Below are positions 1 through 8,721 of a DNA stretch of 52,688 nt, one piece after another. Position numbers and translations under genes: made by a program. How positions within the stretch are numbered: position 1 is the first letter of the stretch; each line of letters starts with the position of its first letter. The notes below the pieces were generated by a model, which was not told the DNA's origin, did no database searches, and saw only the letters and a list, made by a program, of their open reading frames with translations. The stretch is from Bacteroidales bacterium (GTDB lineage: Bacteria > Bacteroidota > Bacteroidia > Bacteroidales > Marinilabiliaceae): the NCBI GenBank assembly GCA_017390085.1, contig JAFPDB010000140.1, forward strand, positions 1 through 52,688. The letters run 5' to 3'.

Positions 1-807
1 ATAATCTTTTGCGACGGGCCTAAGGAGACCCCCGACGACGCCGAACGCGTGGCCAAAGTGAGGGCCGCGTGCCGGGCCGCCACCGGATTCCGGAGCGTGC
101 GGATAGAAGAGCGCGAGCGCAACATGGGCTTGGCGGCCAACATAATTGACGGCGTCGGCAAAGTGATCGGCGAGCGCGGCCGCGTGATAGTCGTGGAGGA
201 CGACCTTACAGTCTCAGGATTCTTCTTACGGTACATGAACGCGGCGTTGGACTACTACGATGGCCGCGGCGTATTCTCCGTGGCGGGCTACTCTCCCGAA
301 CTAGAAATCCCGAAAGACTATGGCGTCTCGACATACATGATGCACCGCAATTGCTCATGGGGGTGGGCCACGTGGCGCAGCCGATGGGAGAAAGTGGATT
401 GGAGCGTCGCGACGTTCGACACCTTCATCCGCGACGGCAGGCGCAGGCGCGCGTTCAACGAGTGCGGCAACGACCTGAGCCCGATGCTGCTGCGCTGGAA
501 AATCGGCGAGATAAACTCTTGGAGCATAAGATTTTGCTACGCCGGGTTCCTATGCGGCGAGCCTACCGTCTACCCCCGCAAGAGCCTCGTGCGCAACGGC
601 GGGGCCGACGGCAGCGGCACCAACGTCGGGGCCACGAAACGATATGACGCGCCCTTGGCGGCCAACGTAGGGCTCCAGAACTTCGCCACGGGCGTGGCCC
701 CCGACCACAGGATAGTGTGCCAATTCCGCAAGTTTTACGACACATCGGTCGTGCGGCGGGTAATCAACGCCATGAAGCGTTGGCGCTACATAGCCATGGG
801 CCGATAG
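1..807 (+). CDS. glycosyltransferase (GT2/GNT-I-like), 5' end outside window
   Basis: Frame 1 is open from base 1 (IIFCDGPKETPDD...) and continues into tracked ORF 49..807. It has an acidic VVEDD motif and a SWGWATWRSRW block typical of capsule/LPS glycosyltransferases. Family assignment is by eye only. Confidence 0.6.
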   Translation: MIFCDGPKETPDDAERVAKVRAACRAATGFRSVRIEERERNMGLAANIIDGVGKVIGERGRVIVVEDDLTVSGFFLRYMNAALDYYDGRGVFSVAGYSPELEIPKDYGVSTYMMHRNCSWGWATWRSRWEKVDWSVATFDTFIRDGRRRRAFNECGNDLSPMLLRWKIGEINSWSIRFCYAGFLCGEPTVYPRKSLVRNGGADGSGTNVGATKRYDAPLAANVGLQNFATGVAPDHRIVCQFRKFYDTSVVRRVINAMKRWRYIAMGR

Positions 808-963
808 GCATCCCTCCGCAAATCACATTTCTTTTGACGACGGGCAGCCCCGACGGGATGGCTTGTCGGGAGGCGTTGTGGTGCGCATGGTGGCCAATAA
901 TAGTTTTTTTGACAAAGGCGAAGAATAGTAGTAAATTCACGTGATTTAAAGTCGCACATCAGG

Positions 964-1428
964 ATGAGGGCCGTAATTCAAAGGGTCGGTCGCGCGAGCG
1001 TAGTGGCCGACGGCAGGCAAGCCGGCAGCATCGGCCACGGGCTGATGGTCTTATTCGGCGTCGAGACGGCCGACGGGCCGGGCGTCGACGCGGCAGAAGT
1101 GGAATGGCTCGCCCGCAAAATTGCCCAAATGAGAATATTCGCCGACGAGGCCGGGCTCACGAACCTCTCGGTCGGCGACGTTGGCGGCGACATACTCGTC
1201 GTGAGCCAATTCACCCTATTCGCTAAAACAAAGAAAGGCAACCGCCCCTCGTTTATCGACGCGGCGCGGCCCGTCCTTGCCATACCATATTACGAGGCCT
1301 TCGTCAAAAAACTAAGCGAAGAGACAGGGCGCGAAATACCGACAGGCATCTTCGGCGCAGACATGAAGATAGACATGGAGGCCGACGGCCCATTTACTAT
1401 AATAATCGACACCCGGAACAAGGAATGA
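964..1428 (+). CDS. dtd: D-aminoacyl-tRNA (D-tyrosyl-tRNA) deacylase
   Basis: 154 aa, with MRAVIQRV N-terminus, SQFTL motif and length typical of Dtd. Confidence 0.9.
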   Translation: MRAVIQRVGRASVVADGRQAGSIGHGLMVLFGVETADGPGVDAAEVEWLARKIAQMRIFADEAGLTNLSVGDVGGDILVVSQFTLFAKTKKGNRPSFIDAARPVLAIPYYEAFVKKLSEETGREIPTGIFGADMKIDMEADGPFTIIIDTRNKE

Positions 1429-1766
1429 CCAAAGACCTGTCGCTACGTGAGGCGCAGAGCGCCGTCGACGAGTGGATACGCCAATACGGCGTCCGCTACT
1501 TCAGCGAACTGACCAACATGGCGTGCCTGACCGAAGAAGTTGGCGAACTGGCCCGGCTGATGGCGCGGAAATATGGCGACCAGAGCTTCAAGGCGGGCGA
1601 GAAAACCGACCTCGGCGAGGAGATGGCCGACGTGTTGTGGGTCCTGATCTGCCTTGCCAACCAGACCGGGGTGGACCTGACCGACGCCCTCCGCGCGAGC
1701 CTGGAGAAAAAGACCAAGCGCGACGCCGAGCGCCACAAGCGGAACCCTAAGCTCGCGAGCGAATAA
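1425..1766 (+). CDS. MazG-like nucleotide pyrophosphohydrolase
   Basis: 113 aa with the EEVGELA....EE.ADVL helix pair characteristic of small MazG/YpjD-type NTP pyrophosphatases. ATGA overlap with the dtd stop. Confidence 0.8.
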   Translation: MTKDLSLREAQSAVDEWIRQYGVRYFSELTNMACLTEEVGELARLMARKYGDQSFKAGEKTDLGEEMADVLWVLICLANQTGVDLTDALRASLEKKTKRDAERHKRNPKLASE

Positions 1767-1784
1767 AGACACATCATACGACAA

Positions 1785-2684
1785 ATGAAAAACATAGACG
1801 AAATCCTCAGCGAATACGCCTACGACGCCAGCGGGCTCGACGACCTGGGCCCCGCCCTCGACGCGTTGCGGGCCAAATCGGCATCGCACCTCGACGACGC
1901 TGCCGCCCTCGAGACCATGTTCAACAGCATAGACCTGACGACATTGAGCCACACCGACTCGGCCTCGAGCGTCAGGGTCTTCGTGGAGAAAGTCAACAAG
2001 TTCGCCACGGAATACCCTGACATAAAGAACGTTGGCGGCATCTGCGTATACTCCGTCTTCGCGCCAATCTTGAAGAGTGCGCTGAAAGTCGACGGCGTGC
2101 ACCGCGCCGTCGTGGCCGCCTGCTTCCCCTCGTCGCAAGCCTTTGCCGACATCAAGGCCGCCGAAGTCAGCAAATCCGTCGAGGCAGGCGCCACGGAAGT
2201 CGACGTGGTTATCTCGGTCGGGGAATTCCTGGACCATGAATACCAGTTTGTGTATGAAGAGCTGCTGAAGCTGCGCGAGGCTTGCGGCGGCGCGCGTCTG
2301 AAAGTCATTTTGGAGACCGGCGCCATCCCGACGCACAGGCAGATGTGGGAGGCCAGCATTATCGCCATGGAGGCGGGCGCCGACTTCATCAAGACCAGCA
2401 CGGGCAAGAACTGCGGCGGCGCCACCCCCGAGGCCGCCATGGTGATGTGCGCGGCCATCAAGGCCTACGCCGCGAAGACGGGCCGCAAAGTGGGCTTCAA
2501 GCCCGCCGGAGGCGTATCGACGGCCGAGGAGGCGTGCCTCTACTACGAAATCGTCAGGTCGACGCTCGGCCAGGAGTGGCTCGTCAACACCCTCTTCCGC
2601 ATCGGGGCGAGCCGTCTGGCCAACAACCTGCTCGGCCGAATCCTTGAACTCAAAGGACGGCCATCCGCCGAGAAATTCTTCTAA
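1785..2684 (+). CDS. deoC: deoxyribose-phosphate aldolase (long form)
   Basis: 299 aa with the FIKTSTGK Schiff-base lysine motif and overall DeoC-like sequence. Confidence 0.85.
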   Translation: MKNIDEILSEYAYDASGLDDLGPALDALRAKSASHLDDAAALETMFNSIDLTTLSHTDSASSVRVFVEKVNKFATEYPDIKNVGGICVYSVFAPILKSALKVDGVHRAVVAACFPSSQAFADIKAAEVSKSVEAGATEVDVVISVGEFLDHEYQFVYEELLKLREACGGARLKVILETGAIPTHRQMWEASIIAMEAGADFIKTSTGKNCGGATPEAAMVMCAAIKAYAAKTGRKVGFKPAGGVSTAEEACLYYEIVRSTLGQEWLVNTLFRIGASRLANNLLGRILELKGRPSAEKFF

Positions 2685-2702
2685 AGCAAAGAACCTGACA
2701 CG

Positions 2703-4214
2703 ATGTCGCTGATAAACAAACTCATACTTTCCGCCTACGCGGGACGTTATCGGCAGTTTGACCGCATGGCGACCGACGGCCCAGCCATCCAATCGAATCA
2801 GCTCGACGCCCTGATCCGCCAAGGCTCGAAGACCAAGATAGGCGCGGAGATGGGTCTCCGCCCCGGAATGGGCTACTCCGACTTCAACCGCCAAGTGCCT
2901 GTTGGCGACTACGAGACCCTCCGCCCCTACGTCGAGCGGATACTCGAGGGGGAGACCGACGTCACGTGGCCCGGGCGCGTACGCTGGTTCGCCAAGAGCA
3001 GCGGCACGTCGGGCAGCAAGAGCAAGTTTATCCCCGTCACGGACGACATATTGGCCCATGGCCATATGCGCGGCAACCACGACGTGATAGCCACCTACTT
3101 TCGCCAACACCCCGACAACAAGGTGTGGCGCGGCAAATGCCTCACCCTCGGCGGCAGCAAGAAACTGACCTCCGTCGGGTCCGGAATCCAGACGGGCGAC
3201 CTCTCGGCCATCATGATAGGCAACGCGCCGGCGTGGTCGGGCCTATTCCGCTCGCCGAAAAAGAGCATAGCCCTAATCGCGGGGTGGGAGGAGAAACTGG
3301 AGAAGATAACCCGGGCCACAGCTGGCCAGAACATAACCTCGCTGGCGGGCGTGCCGAGCTGGTTTCTCGTCTTGCTCAAGTACATAATGGAGAAGCAGGG
3401 CGCCAAGACAATCCAGGAGGTGTGGCCAAACTTGGAGCTGTTCATTCACGGCGGCATAAACTTCGGCCCCTACCGCGAACAGTACAAGGCTCTCGCCCCT
3501 GGTGGCATCAACTTCCTGGAGACGTATAACGCGAGCGAGGGCTTCTTCGCCCTGCAAGACGACCCAGCCGATGCCGGCATGAAACTGATGCTCGACTACG
3601 GCGTCTTCTTCGAATTCGTGCCACTCGACGAGGTGGGGCAGGCGCATCCAGCCGGAATCGTGCCACTGGAGGGCGTAGCGACTGGGGTGGACTACGCGAT
3701 GGTCATAACGACCAACGGCGGCCTGTGGCGCTACATGATTGGCGACACCGTCCGTTTCACTCAGACGAAGCCTTGGAAAATCGTCATCAGCGGACGGACG
3801 AAGCTCTACATCAACGCCTTTGGCGAAGAGCTCATGATAAGCAACGCCGAAGCGGCCATGAGCCGCGCCTGCCAAGAGACGGGAGCCGTTGTGAAGGAGT
3901 ATACCGCCGCGCCCGTCTTCATGGACCAGCACACTCGCGGATGCCACGAGTGGCTTGTGGAGTTCGACAAACAGCCGTCGAGCCTGGAGGCCTTCCGCAC
4001 CGCGCTCGACACGGCGCTCCAGAGTGTGAACTCGGACTACGAGGCCAAACGGTATAAAGACATAACACTGGCCCCGCTGCGGCTCACCGTGGCGAAAGAG
4101 GGGCTCTTCGATTGCTGGCTCTCGGCGCACGACAAGATGGGCGGGCAAAACAAAGTGCCGCGCCTGCACAACGACCGCAAGCTGATCGACGAGCTCTTGG
4201 AATTGAACCATTAA
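2703..4214 (+). CDS. GH3 auxin-responsive promoter family (acyl-adenylate forming) protein
   Basis: 503 aa. The SSGTSGSKSKFIPVT P-loop-like motif and the length match the Bacteroidota GH3 family. Confidence 0.8.
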   Translation: MSLINKLILSAYAGRYRQFDRMATDGPAIQSNQLDALIRQGSKTKIGAEMGLRPGMGYSDFNRQVPVGDYETLRPYVERILEGETDVTWPGRVRWFAKSSGTSGSKSKFIPVTDDILAHGHMRGNHDVIATYFRQHPDNKVWRGKCLTLGGSKKLTSVGSGIQTGDLSAIMIGNAPAWSGLFRSPKKSIALIAGWEEKLEKITRATAGQNITSLAGVPSWFLVLLKYIMEKQGAKTIQEVWPNLELFIHGGINFGPYREQYKALAPGGINFLETYNASEGFFALQDDPADAGMKLMLDYGVFFEFVPLDEVGQAHPAGIVPLEGVATGVDYAMVITTNGGLWRYMIGDTVRFTQTKPWKIVISGRTKLYINAFGEELMISNAEAAMSRACQETGAVVKEYTAAPVFMDQHTRGCHEWLVEFDKQPSSLEAFRTALDTALQSVNSDYEAKRYKDITLAPLRLTVAKEGLFDCWLSAHDKMGGQNKVPRLHNDRKLIDELLELNH

Positions 4215-4231
4215 GAGAAAGGAGGACGCCC

Positions 4232-4858
4232 ATGTACATAGGCATAGCAGGAAACATCGGCAGCGGCAAGAGCGCCATGGCCAAGCTCTTGGCCGACGAG
4301 TTCGGCTTCGCGACGCACAACGACAGCCGCGAGGAGAACCCCTACCTCGCCGACTTCTACTCCGACATGGCCCGCTGGGCCCTCACCCTCCAAGTGAGCA
4401 TCCTCACCAAACGCTTCAAGACCACCCAACGCGCCATGTGGGGCAACGAGATGGTGGTCCAGGACCGCACGATCTACGAAGACGTCTACGTATTCGTTGA
4501 AAACCTGCGGACAATGGGCATCATGGAAGAGCGCGACTACAAGACATACCGCGAGCTGTTCGACGTCATGGACGCCTTCCTGGCGCCACCGCGCCTGCTG
4601 ATATACCTCCGGGCGTCGGTGCCTAAGCTCATGAGCCACATACAACAGCGCGGCGTGGCCTACGAGTCGGCCATAAGCCGCGAATACCTGACGTTGCTCA
4701 ACAAAAGATACGAGTCGTGGTTTGAGTCCTACCGCGGCGACAGCCTGCTCATCGACATCGACAACACCGACTTCGTCGGCAACGCCTCGGACCGCACGAA
4801 AGTGGTCGACGCCATAGCCCGCCAGCTTCAAATAGTCCCCGCGGGCAAACGTCCTTAG
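4232..4858 (+). CDS. deoxynucleoside kinase
   Basis: The start was moved to the internal ATG at 4232 (MYIGIAGNIGSGKS P-loop). The DRTIYED motif is present. The upstream part of tracked ORF 4112..4858 overlaps the GH3 gene. Confidence 0.8.
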   Translation: MYIGIAGNIGSGKSAMAKLLADEFGFATHNDSREENPYLADFYSDMARWALTLQVSILTKRFKTTQRAMWGNEMVVQDRTIYEDVYVFVENLRTMGIMEERDYKTYRELFDVMDAFLAPPRLLIYLRASVPKLMSHIQQRGVAYESAISREYLTLLNKRYESWFESYRGDSLLIDIDNTDFVGNASDRTKVVDAIARQLQIVPAGKRP

Positions 4859-5316
4859 GCGTTATCGGCCGCCACCCACTCGGCGAACGAAGTCTCGGTC
4901 TCGTGCAGCCTCACGGCCACAAGCTCGAGCCCCTCGGGCAGGCGGCAGGCTATGCGGCAGGCGAAATCGGCCACCATGTTCTCGCACGTGGGCTGATAGT
5001 CGACCACCTCGACGCGCTCCGTGACCTCGCGCGCCACGGCTTCGAGCGACGAGCCCCTGCGGACGACGAGGGCGTGGTCGAGCCGTCCGACGACCTGCTC
5101 GCCGACGATGGACTTGAGGACCGAGAAGTCGATGACCATTCCCAGCTTGGGCGACGCCTCGTCGGCCTGAGCCCTGCCGCGGACCGTGACGGCGAGTTTG
5201 TAGGAATGGCCGTGAATGTTGCGGCATAGGCCGTCGTAGCCGTCGAGCCGGTGCGCCATCTCGAAGCCGAACTCCTTCGTGACGCGGATTATGTGGTTTG
5301 AGAATCCTTTTTTCAT
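4855..5316 (-). CDS. queD: 6-carboxy-5,6,7,8-tetrahydropterin synthase
   Basis: 153 aa with the FEMAHRL....HGHSYKL zinc-binding His motifs of the PTPS/QueD family. Confidence 0.85.
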   Translation of the reverse strand: MKKGFSNHIIRVTKEFGFEMAHRLDGYDGLCRNIHGHSYKLAVTVRGRAQADEASPKLGMVIDFSVLKSIVGEQVVGRLDHALVVRRGSSLEAVAREVTERVEVVDYQPTCENMVADFACRIACRLPEGLELVAVRLHETETSFAEWVAADNA

Positions 5317-5355
5317 AACGAAAGCTAAGTTAGCCCATTTTTTTTTTCAAGACGA

Positions 5356-6327
5356 ATGGACATCAAAGAGATACAGCGGCCCGTGGCCGAACACCTGGGG
5401 CGTTTTGAGCCATATTTCCGCGAGAAACTCCAAAGCCCGAACACCCTGCTCTCCATAGCCACGAACTACGTCTTCCGCCGCAAGGGGAAGCGCATGCGCC
5501 CGCTGCTCGTATTCATGTCGGCGCTGGCGTCGGGCGAGATAGGCGAGGCCACCTACGCCGCCGCCGCCCTAATAGAGCTGCTCCACAACGCATCGCTCGT
5601 CCACGACGACGTGGTCGACGAGACCTACACCCGACGCGGGGCGTGGAGCCTCATGGGTCTGTGGAACAGCAAAGTGGCCGTGCTGGTGGGCGACTTCTTC
5701 CTGAGCCGCGGCATGACCCTCGCCATCGAGGGCGGGCACTACGACATCCTGGCAATCGTGAGCAACGCTGTCCGCGACCTGAGCGAGGGCGAGCTCAGCC
5801 AGATGGAGCACGCGCGCCGCCTCGACCTGACCGAAGACGCATACTACGGGATAATCCGGCAGAAGACGGCGACTCTTATCGAGGCCTGCACACGCGCAGG
5901 GGCGACGAGCGCGGGCGGCGACGAGGCGACGGTTCGCGCCTTGTCTGACTACGGCAACCATCTCGGTCTCGCGTTCCAGATTCGCGACGATATGTTCGAC
6001 TATACGCCTGGCGGGGTTTTTGGAAAACCGGCGCTCAACGACGTCAAGGAGCAGAAAATAACCCTGCCCCTCCTTGCCGCCATGCGGAACGCCGACGAAG
6101 CCGACCGCAAGGCACTGATGCGCCAGATACGCCGCCACCCGAAAGCCGACGCGACAGCCGAGGCGGCACTACGCCTCGTGACGACATACGGCGGAATGGA
6201 CTACGCCCGACAGCAGATGCTCCACTTCGCCGACATGGCAAAGGAAGACCTCGCCACATTGCCCGACGGCGAGGCTAAGACGGCTCTTGCCCAGCTTTTG
6301 GATTACAACACGGGGAGGGAGGTGTGA
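5356..6327 (+). CDS. polyprenyl diphosphate synthase (octaprenyl/IspB-like)
   Basis: 323 aa with two aspartate-rich motifs (LVHDDVVDE and FQIRDDMFD). Confidence 0.85.
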   Translation: MDIKEIQRPVAEHLGRFEPYFREKLQSPNTLLSIATNYVFRRKGKRMRPLLVFMSALASGEIGEATYAAAALIELLHNASLVHDDVVDETYTRRGAWSLMGLWNSKVAVLVGDFFLSRGMTLAIEGGHYDILAIVSNAVRDLSEGELSQMEHARRLDLTEDAYYGIIRQKTATLIEACTRAGATSAGGDEATVRALSDYGNHLGLAFQIRDDMFDYTPGGVFGKPALNDVKEQKITLPLLAAMRNADEADRKALMRQIRRHPKADATAEAALRLVTTYGGMDYARQQMLHFADMAKEDLATLPDGEAKTALAQLLDYNTGREV

Positions 6328-6383
6328 AAAGAATGCTTGTGTCAATTAATTTGATATTTTAGCGTAACATTGCCATCCCGAAA

Positions 6384-7352
6384 ATGGAAATTTCCTTCAT
6401 AGACCTATTTGCTGGCATAGGCGGCATCAGAATCCCGTTCGAGGAACTGGGCTACGAATGCGTCTTCTCCTCTGAGTGGGACAAGGCGGCGCAAGCGTCG
6501 TATGAGGCCAACTTTGGCGAGAAACCGATGGGCGACATCACGAAAATTGCGGAGCAAGACATCCCTCCCCACGACCTGCTCCTTGCCGGATTCCCGTGCC
6601 AAGCGTTCAGCATCATGGGCAAGAAGAGAGGGTTTGAGGACACGAGGGGGACAATGTTTTTTGAAGTCGCAAGAATCCTCAAATACCATCGTCCGCAAGC
6701 TATTCTTCTTGAAAACGTGAAAAACCTCGTGACGCACGACGGGGGAAAGACGTTCGCTGTCATTCGCGACACGCTCACCGAGCTTGGGTACTTCATCAAG
6801 TGGAAAGTACTCAACGCGTTGGACTTCGGACTGCCACAAAAGAGGGAGAGAATCATAATAGTAGGGTTCAGAGACCCGGAAAAGACCGCCCGTTTCGACT
6901 TCGACTTTCAGCCCGTACCATATTCACTAAACGACATTATTGAACCCGACGAGTCGATTGACGACAGCTTGTGGGCATCGGCAACCATAGCCGCCAAGCG
7001 TAAACAGAGCGTCGTAGGGAAAAACGTTTTCTTCCCTTCAGTGTGGCACGAGAATAAATCGGGCAACATATCCGTACTTGACCACTCATGCGCACTACGC
7101 ACGGGGGCATCATACAACTACTTGCTCATCAACGGCGTACGCCGCCCGTCGTCACGAGAACTGCTTCGTTTGCAAGGCTTTCCCGACAGTTTCAAGATAG
7201 TAGTATCGCATGGAGAGATTCGACGCCAAACGGGGAACTCCGTTGCCGTGCCGATGATACGCTCCATTGCCCGAAAAATGTCCAGCCTATTAGACGAGAC
7301 CCAGCACTATGCAACACCCGAAATTAAGAGACCAGAAACGGTTGCTTGTTAG
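6384..7352 (+). CDS. DNA (cytosine-5)-methyltransferase, Type II
   Basis: 322 aa carrying the canonical m5C motifs FAGIGG (I), GFPCQAFS (IV), ENV (VI), QKRERI (VIII) and QTGNSV (X). The N-terminal half resembles M.HhaI-like enzymes. Target specificity cannot be determined by eye. Confidence 0.9.
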   Translation: MEISFIDLFAGIGGIRIPFEELGYECVFSSEWDKAAQASYEANFGEKPMGDITKIAEQDIPPHDLLLAGFPCQAFSIMGKKRGFEDTRGTMFFEVARILKYHRPQAILLENVKNLVTHDGGKTFAVIRDTLTELGYFIKWKVLNALDFGLPQKRERIIIVGFRDPEKTARFDFDFQPVPYSLNDIIEPDESIDDSLWASATIAAKRKQSVVGKNVFFPSVWHENKSGNISVLDHSCALRTGASYNYLLINGVRRPSSRELLRLQGFPDSFKIVVSHGEIRRQTGNSVAVPMIRSIARKMSSLLDETQHYATPEIKRPETVAC

Positions 7353-8046
7353 GGAGCCCTATCCTCTTAACGAGATTCCGGACGAGATAATATACTCGAT
7401 CGGCGGATACTTTGTCTTCCTACTCTATGCGGGACGAAACGACATAAGTGGCGACGACTGGGGCAACGCTTTTGCCGATGCCATTGGTGGCACTCATCTT
7501 GGCAGTCCTCTCGGCATTGCTGATGTCATTCGAGAAAAAATGGCATTGTCAATGAAAACAGTGAAAAATGCGGACCCTTTCTCCGCAAGCTCTGTGAGAA
7601 TAATTAGCGGAAGATGTTCTCCCGACTATTCATACGGCATCACAGATCCTCACGACGACGTAGAAAAAACAGGACGAGCTGTGCTCGAAATTTGGAATGA
7701 ACGCGTAAACATTGCGACAGAAGAGTATTCGCCTGTAAGGAACTGCGTCCTTATCCGTTCTAATGACTTGAAGAGTTTCTGCCTCTTTGAGGAGGACTGT
7801 CACCGATTCCGCACGGCTGACTACACATGGGAGGCAAACAAAAACGGAAATCTAATCGGGATTGAAAAATATACAGGAATAACCCGTTTCACGTGGCAAC
7901 CTCACGGCTCGCAATTCACGATTCATACCACCGTGCCCGACAACGCCCGAAAGTTCACTCTCCGACATCCTGACCCTATGAAGAAGGACGATATACTTGA
8001 AAAAATTGGTTTCGACTCTTCATGGCTAACCTTCACAAACAACTAA
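7309..8046 (+). CDS. putative Type II restriction endonuclease (cognate of the upstream m5C methyltransferase)
   Basis: 245-aa ORF overlapping the methyltransferase stop by 44 nt on the same strand, in the visibly lowest-GC stretch of this region. It has a possible PD-(D/E)xK-like segment (GIADV...LSMKTVK). The function is inferred from context only, and I recognise no named family. Confidence 0.5.
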   Translation: MQHPKLRDQKRLLVREPYPLNEIPDEIIYSIGGYFVFLLYAGRNDISGDDWGNAFADAIGGTHLGSPLGIADVIREKMALSMKTVKNADPFSASSVRIISGRCSPDYSYGITDPHDDVEKTGRAVLEIWNERVNIATEEYSPVRNCVLIRSNDLKSFCLFEEDCHRFRTADYTWEANKNGNLIGIEKYTGITRFTWQPHGSQFTIHTTVPDNARKFTLRHPDPMKKDDILEKIGFDSSWLTFTNN

Positions 8047-8049
8047 CCT

Positions 8050-8721
8050 ATGCCCACACCCTCGCAAAACAGGCTTAATTTCTCACACTTCCCCCTCCAA
8101 TTCATCACCAATGGGCACGATGGAGACGAGTGCGTCGAGCAGGTGAGGCGAGTGTTAGACGGCGGGTGCCTATGGGTCCAGCTCAGGATGAAAGGCGCCG
8201 AGGAGTCGGAAGTAGAGAAGACGGCGCGCAAGATAAAGGCACTGACCGACGAGGCCGGGGCGACCCTCATAATCGACGACCACGTGGGCGTGGCGCAACG
8301 CGTGGGGGCCAGCGGAGTCCACCTCGGGAAGAACGACATGAACCCGGCAGAGGCGAGGACCGCGCTTGGCGAAAAATTCATCATTGGCGGCACGTGCAAC
8401 ACGTTTGACGACATACTGAAAGTGAAAGACTCCGTGGACTACATCGGTTGCGGGCCTTTCCGCTTCACGACGACGAAACAGAATCTCGCCCCCACCCTCG
8501 GCATAGAAGGGTATCGGCAAATCGTATGGCAGTGCCGCAGCGAGGGCGTCAACATCCCCATCGTGGCCATTGGCGGGATTACGACGGCCGACATCGTCGA
8601 CATACTCAACGCCGGACCCGACGGAATAGCCCTTAGCGGCGAGATTCTCCGCTCCGCGTGCATCGAGCAGAAAGTCCGCGAGATTGTGACCGCCATCAAC
8701 AACGCCAAGGCTTCCGAATGA
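8050..8721 (+). CDS. thiE: thiamine-phosphate synthase
   Basis: 223 aa with LQFITN start region, HLGKNDM and AIGGI motifs typical of ThiE. It starts 4 nt after the putative endonuclease stop. Confidence 0.85.
   Translation: MPTPSQNRLNFSHFPLQFITNGHDGDECVEQVRRVLDGGCLWVQLRMKGAEESEVEKTARKIKALTDEAGATLIIDDHVGVAQRVGASGVHLGKNDMNPAEARTALGEKFIIGGTCNTFDDILKVKDSVDYIGCGPFRFTTTKQNLAPTLGIEGYRQIVWQCRSEGVNIPIVAIGGITTADIVDILNAGPDGIALSGEILRSACIEQKVREIVTAINNAKASE

Noticed and set aside
941-952. Other CACGTG-containing sequences as additional parS sites, for example TTCACGTGATTT at 941-952, GTTTCACGTGGCAAC at about 7885 and CCACGTGGAAAC at about 17607.
   Set aside because: Only one half-site or fewer matches the parS consensus (11/16 or less), so chance CACGTG palindromes are the simpler explanation.
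1443-3110. Long antisense ORF (555 aa, minus strand) overlapping the mazG-like, deoC and GH3 genes. Similar long shadow ORFs include 8170..9003(-), 14411..15151(-), 14809..15795(+), 15871..16983(-), 17257..18114(-), 46114..47184(-), 48955..49947(-) and 49956..51470(-).
   Set aside because: They lie antisense or out of frame to genes with unmistakable homology. Their translations are low-complexity and Arg/Ala/Gly/Val-rich, as expected from high-GC DNA lacking stop codons. They vanish in the AT-richer segments.
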